Positions 41,844-52,018 of a stretch of DNA of 64,000 bases are shown here, one piece after another. The position numbers were made by a program, and so were the translations under genes. A model generated the notes under the pieces. That model did not search any database, was not told the DNA's origin, and saw only the letters and a program-made list of their open reading frames with translations. The stretch's first letter is position 1. Every line of letters begins with the position of its first letter. Source of the DNA: an uncultured Gammaproteobacteria bacterium (lineage in GTDB: Bacteria > Pseudomonadota > Gammaproteobacteria > Ga0077536). Location of the stretch: contig CALSND010000004.1 in assembly GCA_943787625.1 (NCBI GenBank), positions 4,401-68,400 on the forward strand, in the 5' to 3' direction.

Positions 41844-42127
41844 AGTTGCCCCTCGGTTCAAATTATTGTTATCCACTACTACCGCAACAAGGCTTTGACC
41901 TTCCCGCGCAATTTTCAAGAAATTATAGGCATAACCGTTTCGTTTTGTCAGCTTTGATAGCGTGTGCGGTATTAACGGGCTTTTTTGCGTGTAGCGATAC
42001 TGATAAACCTAAGTGTGGGAAGATCTTGATTTTAAACCTTTTCGGGAACAGAATTAGGATTAGTGGCGAGTACGTAACTTATTAGCACGCAGGATAAGAC
42101 TTAATTAGTATAACGGGAGATAAAGCA

Positions 42128-43231
42128 ATGAAGTTGGGCTATTTCATGATGCCATTGCATCACATAGATCGGGATTATCACGAGACGCTGCAGGAAGATA
42201 TTGAGGCTATCGTGCTTGCTGACGAACTAGGCTATTCAGAGGCGTGGGTTGGTGAGCATTATTCTTCTGCCGTCGAACAAATTACTTCTCCCCTCATGTT
42301 TCATGCAAATCTTATTAACAGGACAAAGCAGATCAAATTTGCAACTGGAGTAATGTGTTTGCCACAATACCATCCAGCAGTTCAAGCGGGGCAAGCTGCA
42401 ATGTTCGATCACCTAAGTGAGGGTCGGTTTATCATGGGAGTTGGACCTGGTGGTTTATTGAGTGATTTTGAGTTGTTTGGTGTTTTAGAAAAAGATCGTA
42501 TGGAAATGATGGAAGAGTCCTTAGATATGATCCTTGAACTTTGGGACACAGAACCACCGTACAAGATGCACGGCAAGCACTGGAACATTGAAATGAAAGA
42601 TTGGACCCACCACGACATCAAGTTAGGATATGTTCCCAAACCTTTACAGCAACCTCATCCACCGATAGCGATGTCGGCGATGAGTCCATCATCGAGTTCT
42701 CTTACTTTTGCGGGCCAGCGTGGCTATATTCCGGTTAGCGCAAACTTTATAGCCCCATGGTCAGTTAAGACTCATTGGCCAGCTTATTGCGCTGGGGCTG
42801 ATAGTGCAGGAATGACAGCAGATCCAAATGAATGGCATGTAGCTCGAAGTATATTTGTGGCGGATACCGACACCGAAGCGGAAGAATTTGTTAAAACTTC
42901 TGGTGGTGCTTATGATTACTACTACGATTATTTATTTAAGATTTTTGATCGATCTGGTTTCAAGGGACCTTTTGTAACCAATCAAGGAGATGATCCCGAA
43001 TCACTAACACCCACTGCTGTCCGCGATGCGTGTGTCATCTACGGTAGCCCCGAAACTGTCGCTAAAAAGATTATAGATTTTAAAGATGATGTTGGTGATT
43101 TTGGAACATTGCTTTATGCAGCACATGATTGGACTGATAAAGCCGCTATGAAAAAGTCGATGCGTTTAATGGCTGAACATGTAATGCCGATGGTCAATAA
43201 AGACTCTATTGGCCTTGCATCCGCAGGTTGA
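42128..43231 (+). CDS. LLM-family flavin-dependent monooxygenase (LimB/alkanal-monooxygenase-like, probably two-component FMN type)
   Basis: MKLGYFMMPLHH...LGYSEAWVGEHYSS..EQITSPLMF...LSEGRFIMGVGPGG. 367 aa. Confidence 0.75.
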   Translation: MKLGYFMMPLHHIDRDYHETLQEDIEAIVLADELGYSEAWVGEHYSSAVEQITSPLMFHANLINRTKQIKFATGVMCLPQYHPAVQAGQAAMFDHLSEGRFIMGVGPGGLLSDFELFGVLEKDRMEMMEESLDMILELWDTEPPYKMHGKHWNIEMKDWTHHDIKLGYVPKPLQQPHPPIAMSAMSPSSSSLTFAGQRGYIPVSANFIAPWSVKTHWPAYCAGADSAGMTADPNEWHVARSIFVADTDTEAEEFVKTSGGAYDYYYDYLFKIFDRSGFKGPFVTNQGDDPESLTPTAVRDACVIYGSPETVAKKIIDFKDDVGDFGTLLYAAHDWTDKAAMKKSMRLMAEHVMPMVNKDSIGLASAG

Positions 43232-43286
43232 TATAAATTTATTTTTAGTAATATTTAATGATTTTACGTTTAGGAGAAAATGTCGG

Positions 43287-44300
43287 GTGAGTAACAAAAA
43301 ATTAAGATTTGGACTTTGGTATGACTTCAGAAATCCTCCACAATGGCAGCGTGACAATACTGAGCTGTATCATGAGTGCTTTGATCAAATAGTGCGCGCT
43401 GAGGAGGCGGGCTTTGATGATATTTGGTTGTCCGAACATCATTTCCTAGATGATTGCTACTCGCCTTCGATGTTGCCTATAGGCTGTGCTATTGCAGCTA
43501 GGACAAAAAAAGTACACATTGGGACGAGCGTACTGTTACTACCCCTGCACGATCCGGTTCGTGTTGCCGAAGATGCTGCCACGCTTGATGTGATCTCTGG
43601 CGGACGCTTGGAGCTCGGGTTAGGTGTTGGATATAAAGCTGAAGAGCTTAAAGCATGGGGAGTTGAACCTAAATCAAGAGGCAAGCGCATGGATGAAGGT
43701 ATTGAAATTATTCAACGTCTTTTTGCGGGAGAACGCTTCAGTTTCCATGGAGAGTACAACAACTTTGAAGACATACAGTTAAGACCGTTGCCGGTACAAA
43801 AAAATCCTCGGCTTTGGATCGCGGGCTTCAGTAATATCGCGGTTCGAAGAGCAGCTAGAGTAGGGGCGGGGTATATAGCGATAGGTCCCGTCGGTCCTTT
43901 TACTAAAGTCTATAGAGATGAACTAGCTAAAACTGGGAAGAATCCGGAGGATTTTGAAATTGCGGCAGGCTATGCTTGGTTGCATGTAGCAAAAGATCCT
44001 GAAAAGAGATGGAAAGAGGCGGTTGAACACCTGGCATATCAGCAAAATGAATACGGGAAGTGGTTCAGTGGTGCGGGCATGGATTTTATTAAGCCCGTGG
44101 AGGCAACTAGAGAGTCTATTGAGCAGAACGATGTTTACATCGTCAGTCCTGAGCAAGCATGCGAAATGATAGAAAAATACCAAGAAGCAACAGGATGCCA
44201 ACGGTTTTACACTTGGGCTGTCCCACCCGGCATGAGTCCGAGTTGGTCGGATGAACACATTGAGTTAATGGCAAGCGAGGTAATGCCCGCTTTTCGGTAG
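43287..44300 (+). CDS. LLM-family oxidoreductase
   Basis: GTG at 43287, 10 nt after TAGGAG. The longer track ORF (43209) overlaps the previous gene. LRFGLWYDF, GFDDIWLSEHHF, ATLDVISGGRLELGLGVGY. Confidence 0.75.
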   Translation: MSNKKLRFGLWYDFRNPPQWQRDNTELYHECFDQIVRAEEAGFDDIWLSEHHFLDDCYSPSMLPIGCAIAARTKKVHIGTSVLLLPLHDPVRVAEDAATLDVISGGRLELGLGVGYKAEELKAWGVEPKSRGKRMDEGIEIIQRLFAGERFSFHGEYNNFEDIQLRPLPVQKNPRLWIAGFSNIAVRRAARVGAGYIAIGPVGPFTKVYRDELAKTGKNPEDFEIAAGYAWLHVAKDPEKRWKEAVEHLAYQQNEYGKWFSGAGMDFIKPVEATRESIEQNDVYIVSPEQACEMIEKYQEATGCQRFYTWAVPPGMSPSWSDEHIELMASEVMPAFR

Positions 44301-44357
44301 CAGCCTGCGATGGGCACGCACCTAGGCTTTTGGGGTCAGCGGCTGTTGTAGGACAGA

Positions 44358-45416
44358 TTATAGAACCTGTATAGTCTCATTCTCATTGATTAATTTTATA
44401 TTTGAGAACTCAGCGCGTGCGCTAGCATGTTGAAATGTAGCCACACCAATTAGCCAAATTGCGGTTACTTTATGTGGAGTGAATTTCATCGACTTGCCAA
44501 CATCTGTATAAAGATTTCGCGACTCACGCAGCCATTCGTTTTTTTGCTCGGTGCCTTTACGAATTACGTAATGAGTTTCTCGATCAGACCAGGATTTGAT
44601 CGGGCAATCAAAATAATGGTCGACGTCGAGTTGGCTACTCCATATCCATGTTAGGTCACGACCGTTATCGAATTCGGCTGCGACCGATATATAGTCATGG
44701 TATCTAGCTTCGTCTTCCTTATTTTGGCTGGGATGTTCTAAAAGCTTCCAATCCCACTGCAATTGCGTGGAAGGGAAGACATTAAATTCAATAGGCTTGC
44801 GCAGGATCCCTTGATCGTCTTTGGCATTGAGCGAAATACATTTATTGTTGTTCTGTACATTGCTTGAGTAGATGTCACTAATTCCCGTGTCTTTCAGATA
44901 CTCCCAGCCAAATGGAGTTATTACAGGACATTGTAATTGCGCGAGAGCCTCACTTAATAATGTCGAGTTACAAGCTGTTATAAGCTTTTTTAGTCCGTTT
45001 ATAACGTTATCTTTCCACAGAATAACAATTACTTCCAAGCTTCCGCTTAATGCTCTGTAATTACCGCTTTCTGTTTGTAGGTCACCTTGAGCATTAGCCC
45101 ATGTACCAAAGTAAATAGCTAGCTCGAGCGATCCAGTTCGATCAGCTACGAACGTACCGGTATTACGAACAACATTATTTGTCTGTCCTCTCGGCACACG
45201 GCTCCACAAATGGAAGCCTGGTCCTCCATACAAGCTAGGGTCGCGGCTCGACCATTGAATTTTTCCAGCAGCGAGTAGGGTGTAGGTTTGGCCTACTTGT
45301 ACCTGGAGATCCGATCTATACCATGGTGGCTCATTGCCAGCCAAGGAAATATAAGATACTTTTTGAACTTCTGAGATTGAACTTTCTTCTATTGCTTTTG
45401 CTAATTGACGCACCAT
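44358..45416 (-). CDS. two-domain hypothetical protein with a DUF3047-like C-terminal domain (tentative)
   Basis: 352 aa, with no signal peptide or TM helix. The C-terminal half (WDWKLLEHPSQNKEDEARYHDYISVAAEFDNGRDLTWIWSS...VTAIWLIGVATFQHASARAEFSNIKL) matches my recollection of the DUF3047 pattern. I do not recognise the N-terminal half. Confidence 0.4.
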   Translation of the reverse strand: MVRQLAKAIEESSISEVQKVSYISLAGNEPPWYRSDLQVQVGQTYTLLAAGKIQWSSRDPSLYGGPGFHLWSRVPRGQTNNVVRNTGTFVADRTGSLELAIYFGTWANAQGDLQTESGNYRALSGSLEVIVILWKDNVINGLKKLITACNSTLLSEALAQLQCPVITPFGWEYLKDTGISDIYSSNVQNNNKCISLNAKDDQGILRKPIEFNVFPSTQLQWDWKLLEHPSQNKEDEARYHDYISVAAEFDNGRDLTWIWSSQLDVDHYFDCPIKSWSDRETHYVIRKGTEQKNEWLRESRNLYTDVGKSMKFTPHKVTAIWLIGVATFQHASARAEFSNIKLINENETIQVL

Positions 45417-45606
45417 TAACGCCTTTCTTAATTTAGAGGAACTTTAAGTATTCTCATAAAATTTTAATTGGTAGTAAAGTGTTGTAATAAGTTGCAAAAA
45501 ATACGGATTAATTAGTATCAAAATTAGTTTATTATCTATCTATGGTTCTGGGCTTAAGATAGCTTTGTGGTCTTGGTAAGATTTTGATTAGACAAAAGGT
45601 GTAGAG

Positions 45607-46530
45607 ATGAAAATTAGACTTGGTTTTGGGTTACTCAATTATCCGTTTGAGGATGGCAAAGGTTTTTTTCGCTGGGTAGAAATGCTGGAGCAGGCGGGAG
45701 TTGATTCTGTGTGGCAATCTGACCGTCTTATCTCGTCCGATAATTATTTAGAGTCATTAAGTGCTTTAGCCTCTTTAGCGGGGTGCACTGAGAAAATAAA
45801 ATTTGGTATGAACGCTATCGTGGCACCGTTGCGAGATCCTCTTGTTTTAGCAAAACAGTGTGCGACGATCGATTATCTCAGTGGAGGACGGTTGCTACCA
45901 ATGTTTGGTGTCGGGTACCCCAAAGCTGCGGAATGGGAGGCTACTGGTCGAAGTTCAGACCATCGAGGCTCTAAAGCAAATGAAATGTTCCAGCTGTTGT
46001 CGCGTCTGTGGAGTGAAGAATCAGTGACTTTTGAAGGAAAGTATTACCAGTATAAAAATGCGACTATTGCACCGCGGCCTGTTCAACAGCCGTTGCCTTT
46101 GTGGATTGGAGGCTCTAGCAATGCAGCGATTAATCGAACTGGAGTGCTAGGATCTGGTTGGATAGGGGGAATCACGAGTCCTGAAGATGTGAAACGCGTT
46201 ATATTAGGTATAAAGGCGAAGGCTAAAGAAGTTGGACGGGATATCGATGATGATCATTACGGAACTTCGATAGGGTTCCGCATAGGAACTCCGCAAGATG
46301 ATGCAGTGGTAAACTCTCCTTTCGTAAAGAGAACAGGAATAGGAGAAAATTTAGACCTTAATCCACTCTTTGCTATTGGTACCACACAGGAAATAATCGC
46401 ACGTATCCAGCAGTACATCGACGCCGGGGCGAGTAAGTTTGTCATGTTCCCCATAGCTTCAGGTGAGGCAGATATGATCGACCAAACGAGGCGTGTCGTA
46501 GCTGAAATTAAACCAGCTATCGAAAATTAA
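45607..46530 (+). CDS. LLM-family oxidoreductase, resembles F420-dependent subfamilies
   Basis: 307 aa. APLRDPLVLAKQCATIDYLSGGRLLPMFGVGY, FEGKYYQY, PLPLWIGGSS. Confidence 0.75.
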   Translation: MKIRLGFGLLNYPFEDGKGFFRWVEMLEQAGVDSVWQSDRLISSDNYLESLSALASLAGCTEKIKFGMNAIVAPLRDPLVLAKQCATIDYLSGGRLLPMFGVGYPKAAEWEATGRSSDHRGSKANEMFQLLSRLWSEESVTFEGKYYQYKNATIAPRPVQQPLPLWIGGSSNAAINRTGVLGSGWIGGITSPEDVKRVILGIKAKAKEVGRDIDDDHYGTSIGFRIGTPQDDAVVNSPFVKRTGIGENLDLNPLFAIGTTQEIIARIQQYIDAGASKFVMFPIASGEADMIDQTRRVVAEIKPAIEN

Positions 46531-46542
46531 GAGAAATTAAAA

Positions 46543-46580
46543 CCAGCCGCGTTACCTTTCATCTAAGATAACACGGCTGG
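46543..46580 (-). terminator. hairpin between convergent genes, probable terminator of the RRM-protein gene
   Basis: 12-nt arms at 46543-46554 and 46569-46580 with one mismatch. On the minus strand it is followed by TTTTAATTTCTC. Confidence 0.45.
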
Positions 46581-46592
46581 TCTAAACAACTT

Positions 46593-46847
46593 TTATCGTC
46601 TATCTTCTCTCGGACGAGCTTCGTTTACTCTAGCTTCACGTCCTTTAAGCATTGCTCCGTTTAGCTCTGAGATGGCGGCCTCGCCTTCATTCTGATTTGG
46701 CATTTCAACGAAACCAAACCCTTTCGAGCGACCAGTGTCTCGATCTGAAATTATTTTGCAGCTGTTTACCTGCCCGTGTTGTTCGAAAGATTCTCTTAGC
46801 TCTTCAACACTGATGTCGTAAGATAGGTTTCCAACATAAATATCCAT
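46593..46847 (-). CDS. RRM-domain RNA-binding protein
   Basis: 84 aa. RNP2 IYVGNL and RNP1 KGFGFVEM. Short Arg-rich tail. Confidence 0.9.
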   Translation of the reverse strand: MDIYVGNLSYDISVEELRESFEQHGQVNSCKIISDRDTGRSKGFGFVEMPNQNEGEAAISELNGAMLKGREARVNEARPREDRR

Positions 46848-47303
46848 AAACTTATACCTTTTTATAAATGCCGTCTTATATTGTTAGTAGTTCTTGCCCG
46901 ACAGCAAAATGGCCAGAACCGTTTAGAAACTATTTTGTCCTTAAGTGTAGAAATGTGTTTTCTCGGCTCCAATGTAACTTGATCAATCGTATGCCACAGC
47001 GAACGCGATTGATTGTGTGATTATGTGTGGTTTAGTTAGCAAGAATCGGAGCCTGAAAGAGATATTGGGTCATGTGGAAACTGATAATTTCATGACAGAC
47101 ACTTACAAATTAATTTGTGGTGACGTCTGATTTTCAAGTCAGTTATTTTCGACTATTTCTACTATCCTCATTGATCATACGCCTTGCGCGTGAGACTTCA
47201 TAATAATCATGTATTTGATAGGTAGCAACACTTTGGTGCGATATTTAATGGAAAACTACTGCCGTTATATAGAAAAAACTATTAGAATCAGTGCTTTATA
47301 ATC

Positions 47304-48312
47304 CTATCGGGTAATCACTATTTTGCCGTAGAATCCCCGGTTTTCGAGCAAATCGAGACCTGAATGGACGTCTTCGAAGGTCAGAGTACTATAAATTACC
47401 GGGCTAATGGCGCCTATATCGAGAAGATTGTAGAGATGGTTCTGCACAGAATTAACTTTCTCTGGTGCTCGCTCTATGTATTGACCCCATGCTAATCCAA
47501 TAACTGCACAATTCTTAAGTAGCATCCGATTGCATTCAATTTTAGGGATCGAGCCTCCGGCAAATCCAACAATGATGATGCGTCCATCCCATGCGACGCA
47601 GCGTTTCGTCTGCTCGAAGATATCACCACCGACGGGATCGTATATAACATTCGCTCCCTTCCCATCTGTAAGGCGCTTAACTTCATCAACCAAATCTTGG
47701 GTATTGTAATTTATAGTGTGATCGGCGCCTTGACGTGCGCACACATCAATTTTTTTCCTGATTTCCAGCTGCTGCGATCACTTTTGCACCTAGCAATTTT
47801 CCTAACTGGATCGCGGCGAGGCCGACGCCACCGGCGGCCCCAAGTATTAAAAGAGTTTCACCAGGACGTAAATCAGCACGGTGGATTAGTCCAAAATATG
47901 ATGTTCCGTAGGTTACGCTTAAAGCGGCGAGAGTAGTATCAGGTATATGCTCAGGTACACGCCAAGCGCTATTGTTGGAGACTTCAAAGTAATCAGCCAG
48001 AGTGCCTCCACCATGGCAGAATCCCACCACTTTATCACCAACACGGAACTTACTATTGTCGCCAGTCTCTGTAACGACACCAACCCCTTCAACGCCGGGT
48101 ACAGCTGGTAGTGGCGCTTTTACCTGATAGAGGCCCTGAGTCACCAGTAGATCAGGGAAATTCAAGGAGACAGCTGATGTCTGAACAATTGCACCCTCAT
48201 TGGATGGTGTGGGAATATCTCTGTCAACCCAATGCAGTACATCTTTATGATTTCCATATTCACTGAATTGCCAAGCTTTCATTAGAGAGATTACTCCAAT
48301 TGGTTTACGCAC
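47304..48312 (-). pseudogene. NADPH:quinone oxidoreductase / zeta-crystallin-type MDR, frameshifted in a homopolymer (pseudogene or sequencing error)
   Basis: N-terminal ORF 47746-48312 and C-terminal ORF 47304-47744. If the T7 run at 47750-47756 (A7 on the coding strand) were one base shorter, the junction reads ...AAGNQEKIDVCARQGADHTINY. Rossmann motif LILGAAGGVGLAAIQL. Confidence 0.8.
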
Positions 48313-48322
48313 GAATTATCGC

Positions 48323-49180
48323 TTATATGAGTTTAGTAGAAGCGGGCTCCGGCACTACTGTATTTTCAATATAGCCTAACTTTTCTATTTCTACGCGTAC
48401 TCGATCTCCGGCACATAGAAACTTTTTAGGATCAAATCCTATTCCGACGCCACTGGGTGTTCCAGTAAGTATCACGTCACCAACTTCTAATGTGAAGGCG
48501 GCAGTTAAAGTAGCAATTTGATCATAGCAATCAAAGACTAAATGCCGGGTATTTGAATTCTGTCTTAGCTCATCATTTACCCAGGTTTTGATAGTAAGAT
48601 TATGTGGATCCTGAATCTCGTCCGCAGTTGTTAACCAAGGTCCGAATGGACTGTGGGTATCGAACGATTTTCCAAGAGTGAAAGTCTGGGCTTTCATCTG
48701 CCAATCTCGAACACTGACATCGTTACACACGACATATCCGGCGATGACATTACTGGCTTCCTCTCGGGATACATGCCTACATTTTTTGCCGATAACAAAG
48801 CCCAACTCCCCTTCGTAATCGAGTTTGTCAGATACTTTAGGCAGATGAATGTCGTTATAAGGTCCATTTACTGCTGTCGATTGTTTGTTAAAGAACATTG
48901 GAAATTCTGGGGTAGCCAATCCAGTTTCCTCTATATGATCTTTATAGTTCAGCCCGATAGCTATAATCTTTTTAGGATTCGGTATAGGTGAGAGTAGCTC
49001 CAAATCGCTTAATAAATGGGATTCGCCTGATATACTCTGAGCAATTTTTAACGATTCAGGACAAGAGATTAAAGGTATCATGTCATCGGGAAGGCTAGCA
49101 CTGGATAAATCAATTATTTTATCTCCTTCTAACCGACCTATCTTGCGTTCGCCCTTCTCTAAAAAAGTTACTAATTTCAT
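48323..49180 (-). CDS. fumarylacetoacetate hydrolase (FAH) family protein
   Basis: 285 aa. IGLNYKDHIEE, DYEGELGFVIGKK, and GTPSGVG at the C-terminus. Confidence 0.85.
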   Translation of the reverse strand: MKLVTFLEKGERKIGRLEGDKIIDLSSASLPDDMIPLISCPESLKIAQSISGESHLLSDLELLSPIPNPKKIIAIGLNYKDHIEETGLATPEFPMFFNKQSTAVNGPYNDIHLPKVSDKLDYEGELGFVIGKKCRHVSREEASNVIAGYVVCNDVSVRDWQMKAQTFTLGKSFDTHSPFGPWLTTADEIQDPHNLTIKTWVNDELRQNSNTRHLVFDCYDQIATLTAAFTLEVGDVILTGTPSGVGIGFDPKKFLCAGDRVRVEIEKLGYIENTVVPEPASTKLI

Positions 49181-49196
49181 AATTGACCTACGTATA

Positions 49197-51365
49197 TTAG
49201 CTGTAATGCAAAATAAGGTATTCGTCTAACCTCATTTGTTTATCAGGTGGGATAACTACGGTGGTCATCGGATCCCTTATGATAGATGGACCTTTGACGA
49301 CATTTCCTGGTAAAAGTTCCGCCATTTCCCAAACGTTAAATTCTACCCATTTATCTTTATGGTATACCTGTCGAGCCTCAACAAAGGCGTTCTGCTGCGG
49401 CACCTCAGAGGTTAGTTCATGTTTTATTAGGTGTGGTTGGGGTTTGTCAGCAATTGCTTCAAGGTGAATATCAGTTAGGGAATAACCTGCAGCTCCAAAT
49501 TTCGCTCCTTCTGGGTAAACTTTTGCATACATATCCTCGTACGCTTCTATTAAATTTTGAATGTCTGCCGGACCATTCATCCGACCTGAACTCAGGGCAG
49601 TATTGAAGCTCTCTATTTGACCCATATATCGTGCTGAGACAGCGTATCTAAACGTTATTGTGTCCGGATCAATTCCTTCTGCCTTCATTTGTGTGAATGC
49701 TTCTTTTTCTAAATCTCTCCAGGCTTGGCTTATTTCGTCCGCTACACTTTGGAGATGTTCGTCGCTGGAACCGTTAGGAATCAAGGCTCTTGTCCCGCGG
49801 TCGTAACGATGCATGTATTCAGCGCACGCGGCTCCGAACGCCGAGAATCCAGCCGCCCAGGGAACTGTTATTACGTCTTTAAACTCTATTCCTTCGGCAA
49901 AACCATACATGTGAACGGGGCCCGCCCCTCCATAATAGAGCATGGTGAAGTCATGCGTATCATATCCTTTCGAAGCTACCATAGTTCTGAGGAGGTCATT
50001 CATCTCCTCATTTATCATGGCGAGTAAGCCAGCGCCCGCCTCATACACGTCTAAGCCCAAAGGGTCAGCGACAGTCTCTTTCAATGCCTTTAGAGCTTTT
50101 TCTCGGTCAAGAGATACCTGTCCGCCAAGAAAGTAATTAGGGTCGACATAGCCAAGAGCCACATTGATATCAGTAACAGTTAGCTTGTCATAATTAAGAC
50201 AAATGCCTACCTTAGCGCCTGCAGAGTCGGGACCTACATGCAGTCGCTTATATTCATCTACCCAAACCACTGAGCCCGCCCCTTGACCAGCCGAGTCGAG
50301 TTCCACCATTGGCAACGCCAAACGATGACCGGCGATATCAGCACTTTTAGCTATATTTATTCTTCGGTCTATTATTAATCCGACATCAAAGCTTGTGCCG
50401 CCCATATCTGCAGTAACTATATTATCTAGGTCCAAAACGTTAGCTAAAAACTGTGCGCCGATTAAACCGCCAACGGGTCCCGATATCATAGTTTCGTAAA
50501 GACGCGTGTAGTCCATATTGACAGCGCCGCCATACGAAAGTAGTGTCAGAAGCCTGCCTTGAAAACCAAGTTCTTGAGCCGACTTCTCTACATCTAGAAG
50601 CGACTCTTTTACTTGTTCCGCAGCAAAGCACTGGAACATCAAACTTTTTAGTCGGCTATTTTCTTTCGCTACCGGAGCAATATCTGCCGAACAAACTACC
50701 GACACGGAAGTTCCTGCTTTTTTAATTTCATCCTCTGCAATTAATTTTGCCTGATGCTCATGTCGTGGGTCTACGAAAGAATAAAGAAACAGTATCCCTA
50801 TAACTTCACATTCTTCTGCAATAAGCTTTTTGGTCGCAGTTCTGACTTGTTCCTCATTTAAGGGTATTAGTACATGTCCAGCGGGGAGATGTATTTCACC
50901 TAAGTAGCAACCACCACCAATTCGTTCGCTCACGCCCAGTACATTCTTAGGATCTACCAGTGGGGTAGTGTGTTTATGGAGTTGCTGATGTAACGCCTCT
51001 GCTTGGCTCTGGCCAAGGTAAGTTAAGCCGCCTTCCATTACGGTTAAATCTTCAAAACCTCTAGTTACTATGAGGCCGATTTTTCTCCCGTCGCCGGTCA
51101 AAATAGTATTTAACATACCCGTTCCGCAGTAAACGTCTGCAGCAAGTCTAGAATGTACTGTTTCAGAAGTGAGCCCTATAGATTGCGCTGCGTCGGCAAC
51201 AGAATCGCGGTAGCTTTTTTGTTGGTCATCTTTACGACTAATTGATTTACCTACTGTAAACGTTCCGTCAGGCTTTACTAGTATGGCATCGGTCATGGTC
51301 CCACCCGCGTCTAGCGCTAGGATTAGATCTTGGTCAGCATCGCCTTTGGGAGCTATAGTGCTCAT
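49197..51365 (-). CDS. hydantoinase A / acetone-carboxylase beta-subunit-like protein (HyuA family)
   Basis: 722 aa. N-terminal ALDAGGTMTDAIL (ASKHA ATPase fold) and DMGGTSFDVGLI. Confidence 0.85.
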   Translation of the reverse strand: MSTIAPKGDADQDLILALDAGGTMTDAILVKPDGTFTVGKSISRKDDQQKSYRDSVADAAQSIGLTSETVHSRLAADVYCGTGMLNTILTGDGRKIGLIVTRGFEDLTVMEGGLTYLGQSQAEALHQQLHKHTTPLVDPKNVLGVSERIGGGCYLGEIHLPAGHVLIPLNEEQVRTATKKLIAEECEVIGILFLYSFVDPRHEHQAKLIAEDEIKKAGTSVSVVCSADIAPVAKENSRLKSLMFQCFAAEQVKESLLDVEKSAQELGFQGRLLTLLSYGGAVNMDYTRLYETMISGPVGGLIGAQFLANVLDLDNIVTADMGGTSFDVGLIIDRRINIAKSADIAGHRLALPMVELDSAGQGAGSVVWVDEYKRLHVGPDSAGAKVGICLNYDKLTVTDINVALGYVDPNYFLGGQVSLDREKALKALKETVADPLGLDVYEAGAGLLAMINEEMNDLLRTMVASKGYDTHDFTMLYYGGAGPVHMYGFAEGIEFKDVITVPWAAGFSAFGAACAEYMHRYDRGTRALIPNGSSDEHLQSVADEISQAWRDLEKEAFTQMKAEGIDPDTITFRYAVSARYMGQIESFNTALSSGRMNGPADIQNLIEAYEDMYAKVYPEGAKFGAAGYSLTDIHLEAIADKPQPHLIKHELTSEVPQQNAFVEARQVYHKDKWVEFNVWEMAELLPGNVVKGPSIIRDPMTTVVIPPDKQMRLDEYLILHYS

Positions 51366-51432
51366 GTATTATTTCTCCAAAAAAATTAGTGCCAATCGCG
51401 TAATTTGCAATCGACAGAACAGATAGATTTGC

Positions 51433-52001
51433 CTACTGGTTCCAAGTGGCAGTAGTTTCTGCCGTTCTGTCTCTATACCAGTCCTCAGAGGCATCCGCGA
51501 GAGGGCGTCCTAAGTAGTCAGCGTAAAATTTATCAAGATCGGGAAGCATTTCAAAAATCACTGGGTATCCTGGAGGCACTACTTCAACTGCATGCTGAGT
51601 ACCACAGTCGGGACAAAAGTACTCACGGACTTCTTGCCAGCCTGCCTCAGGAACCGCAGGGGCGGGATCGTACACAGCCTTCATCTCTTCGGCAGTTTTT
51701 CGGGTGCGAATTTTACTGGCAAGTTTCCAATTCGTTCTATAATCACCAAACTCGAAGCCGCATTCGCATTGGGTTTACGCGCTTTCCATGCCCTTTACTT
51801 ACGATATAAAGTTTGTCAGAGAGCCTCAGGAGGATGGGATCATTCCATGATACACGATCCTGAAGTACCTCAATGTAAGTAAAGAATCTGTCACTGTCTT
51901 TTCTTTGGCAACTTGAGAAGTCTATCGACGTTGTCATCGTCTATGGTACCTTCAACAAGTTGTTCAATAATGCCTTTGCTGATCGAGATATCATCTTCCA
52001 T
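51433..52001 (-). pseudogene. acetone-carboxylase gamma-subunit-like protein, at least 2 frameshifts (pseudogene or sequencing error)
   Basis: ATG at 52001 is preceded by GGAGG. Three pieces lie in different frames: MEDDISISKGIIEQLVEGTIDDDNVDRLLKLPKK; KDSDRFFTYIEVLQDRVSWNDPILLRLSDKLYIVSKG; and ORF 51433-51684, which has the zinc-ribbon-like EYFCPDCGTQHAVEVVPPGYPVIFEMLPDLDKFY. Confidence 0.7.
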
Positions 52002-52018
52002 TTCACCCCTCCAGCACG

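Noticed and set aside
41844-41918. Longer start for the minus-strand LLM (MKIAREGQSLVAVVVDNNN...).
   Set aside because: The internal ATG at 41843 has a GAGGGG Shine-Dalgarno and gives the family-typical N-terminus (MKLFKGMKVGVFQ).
41846-42085. 79-aa ORF in the divergent intergenic region between two LLM genes.
   Set aside because: It has no RBS and no recognisable domain, and it overlaps the 5' end and promoter region of the minus-strand LLM gene. It is probably spurious.
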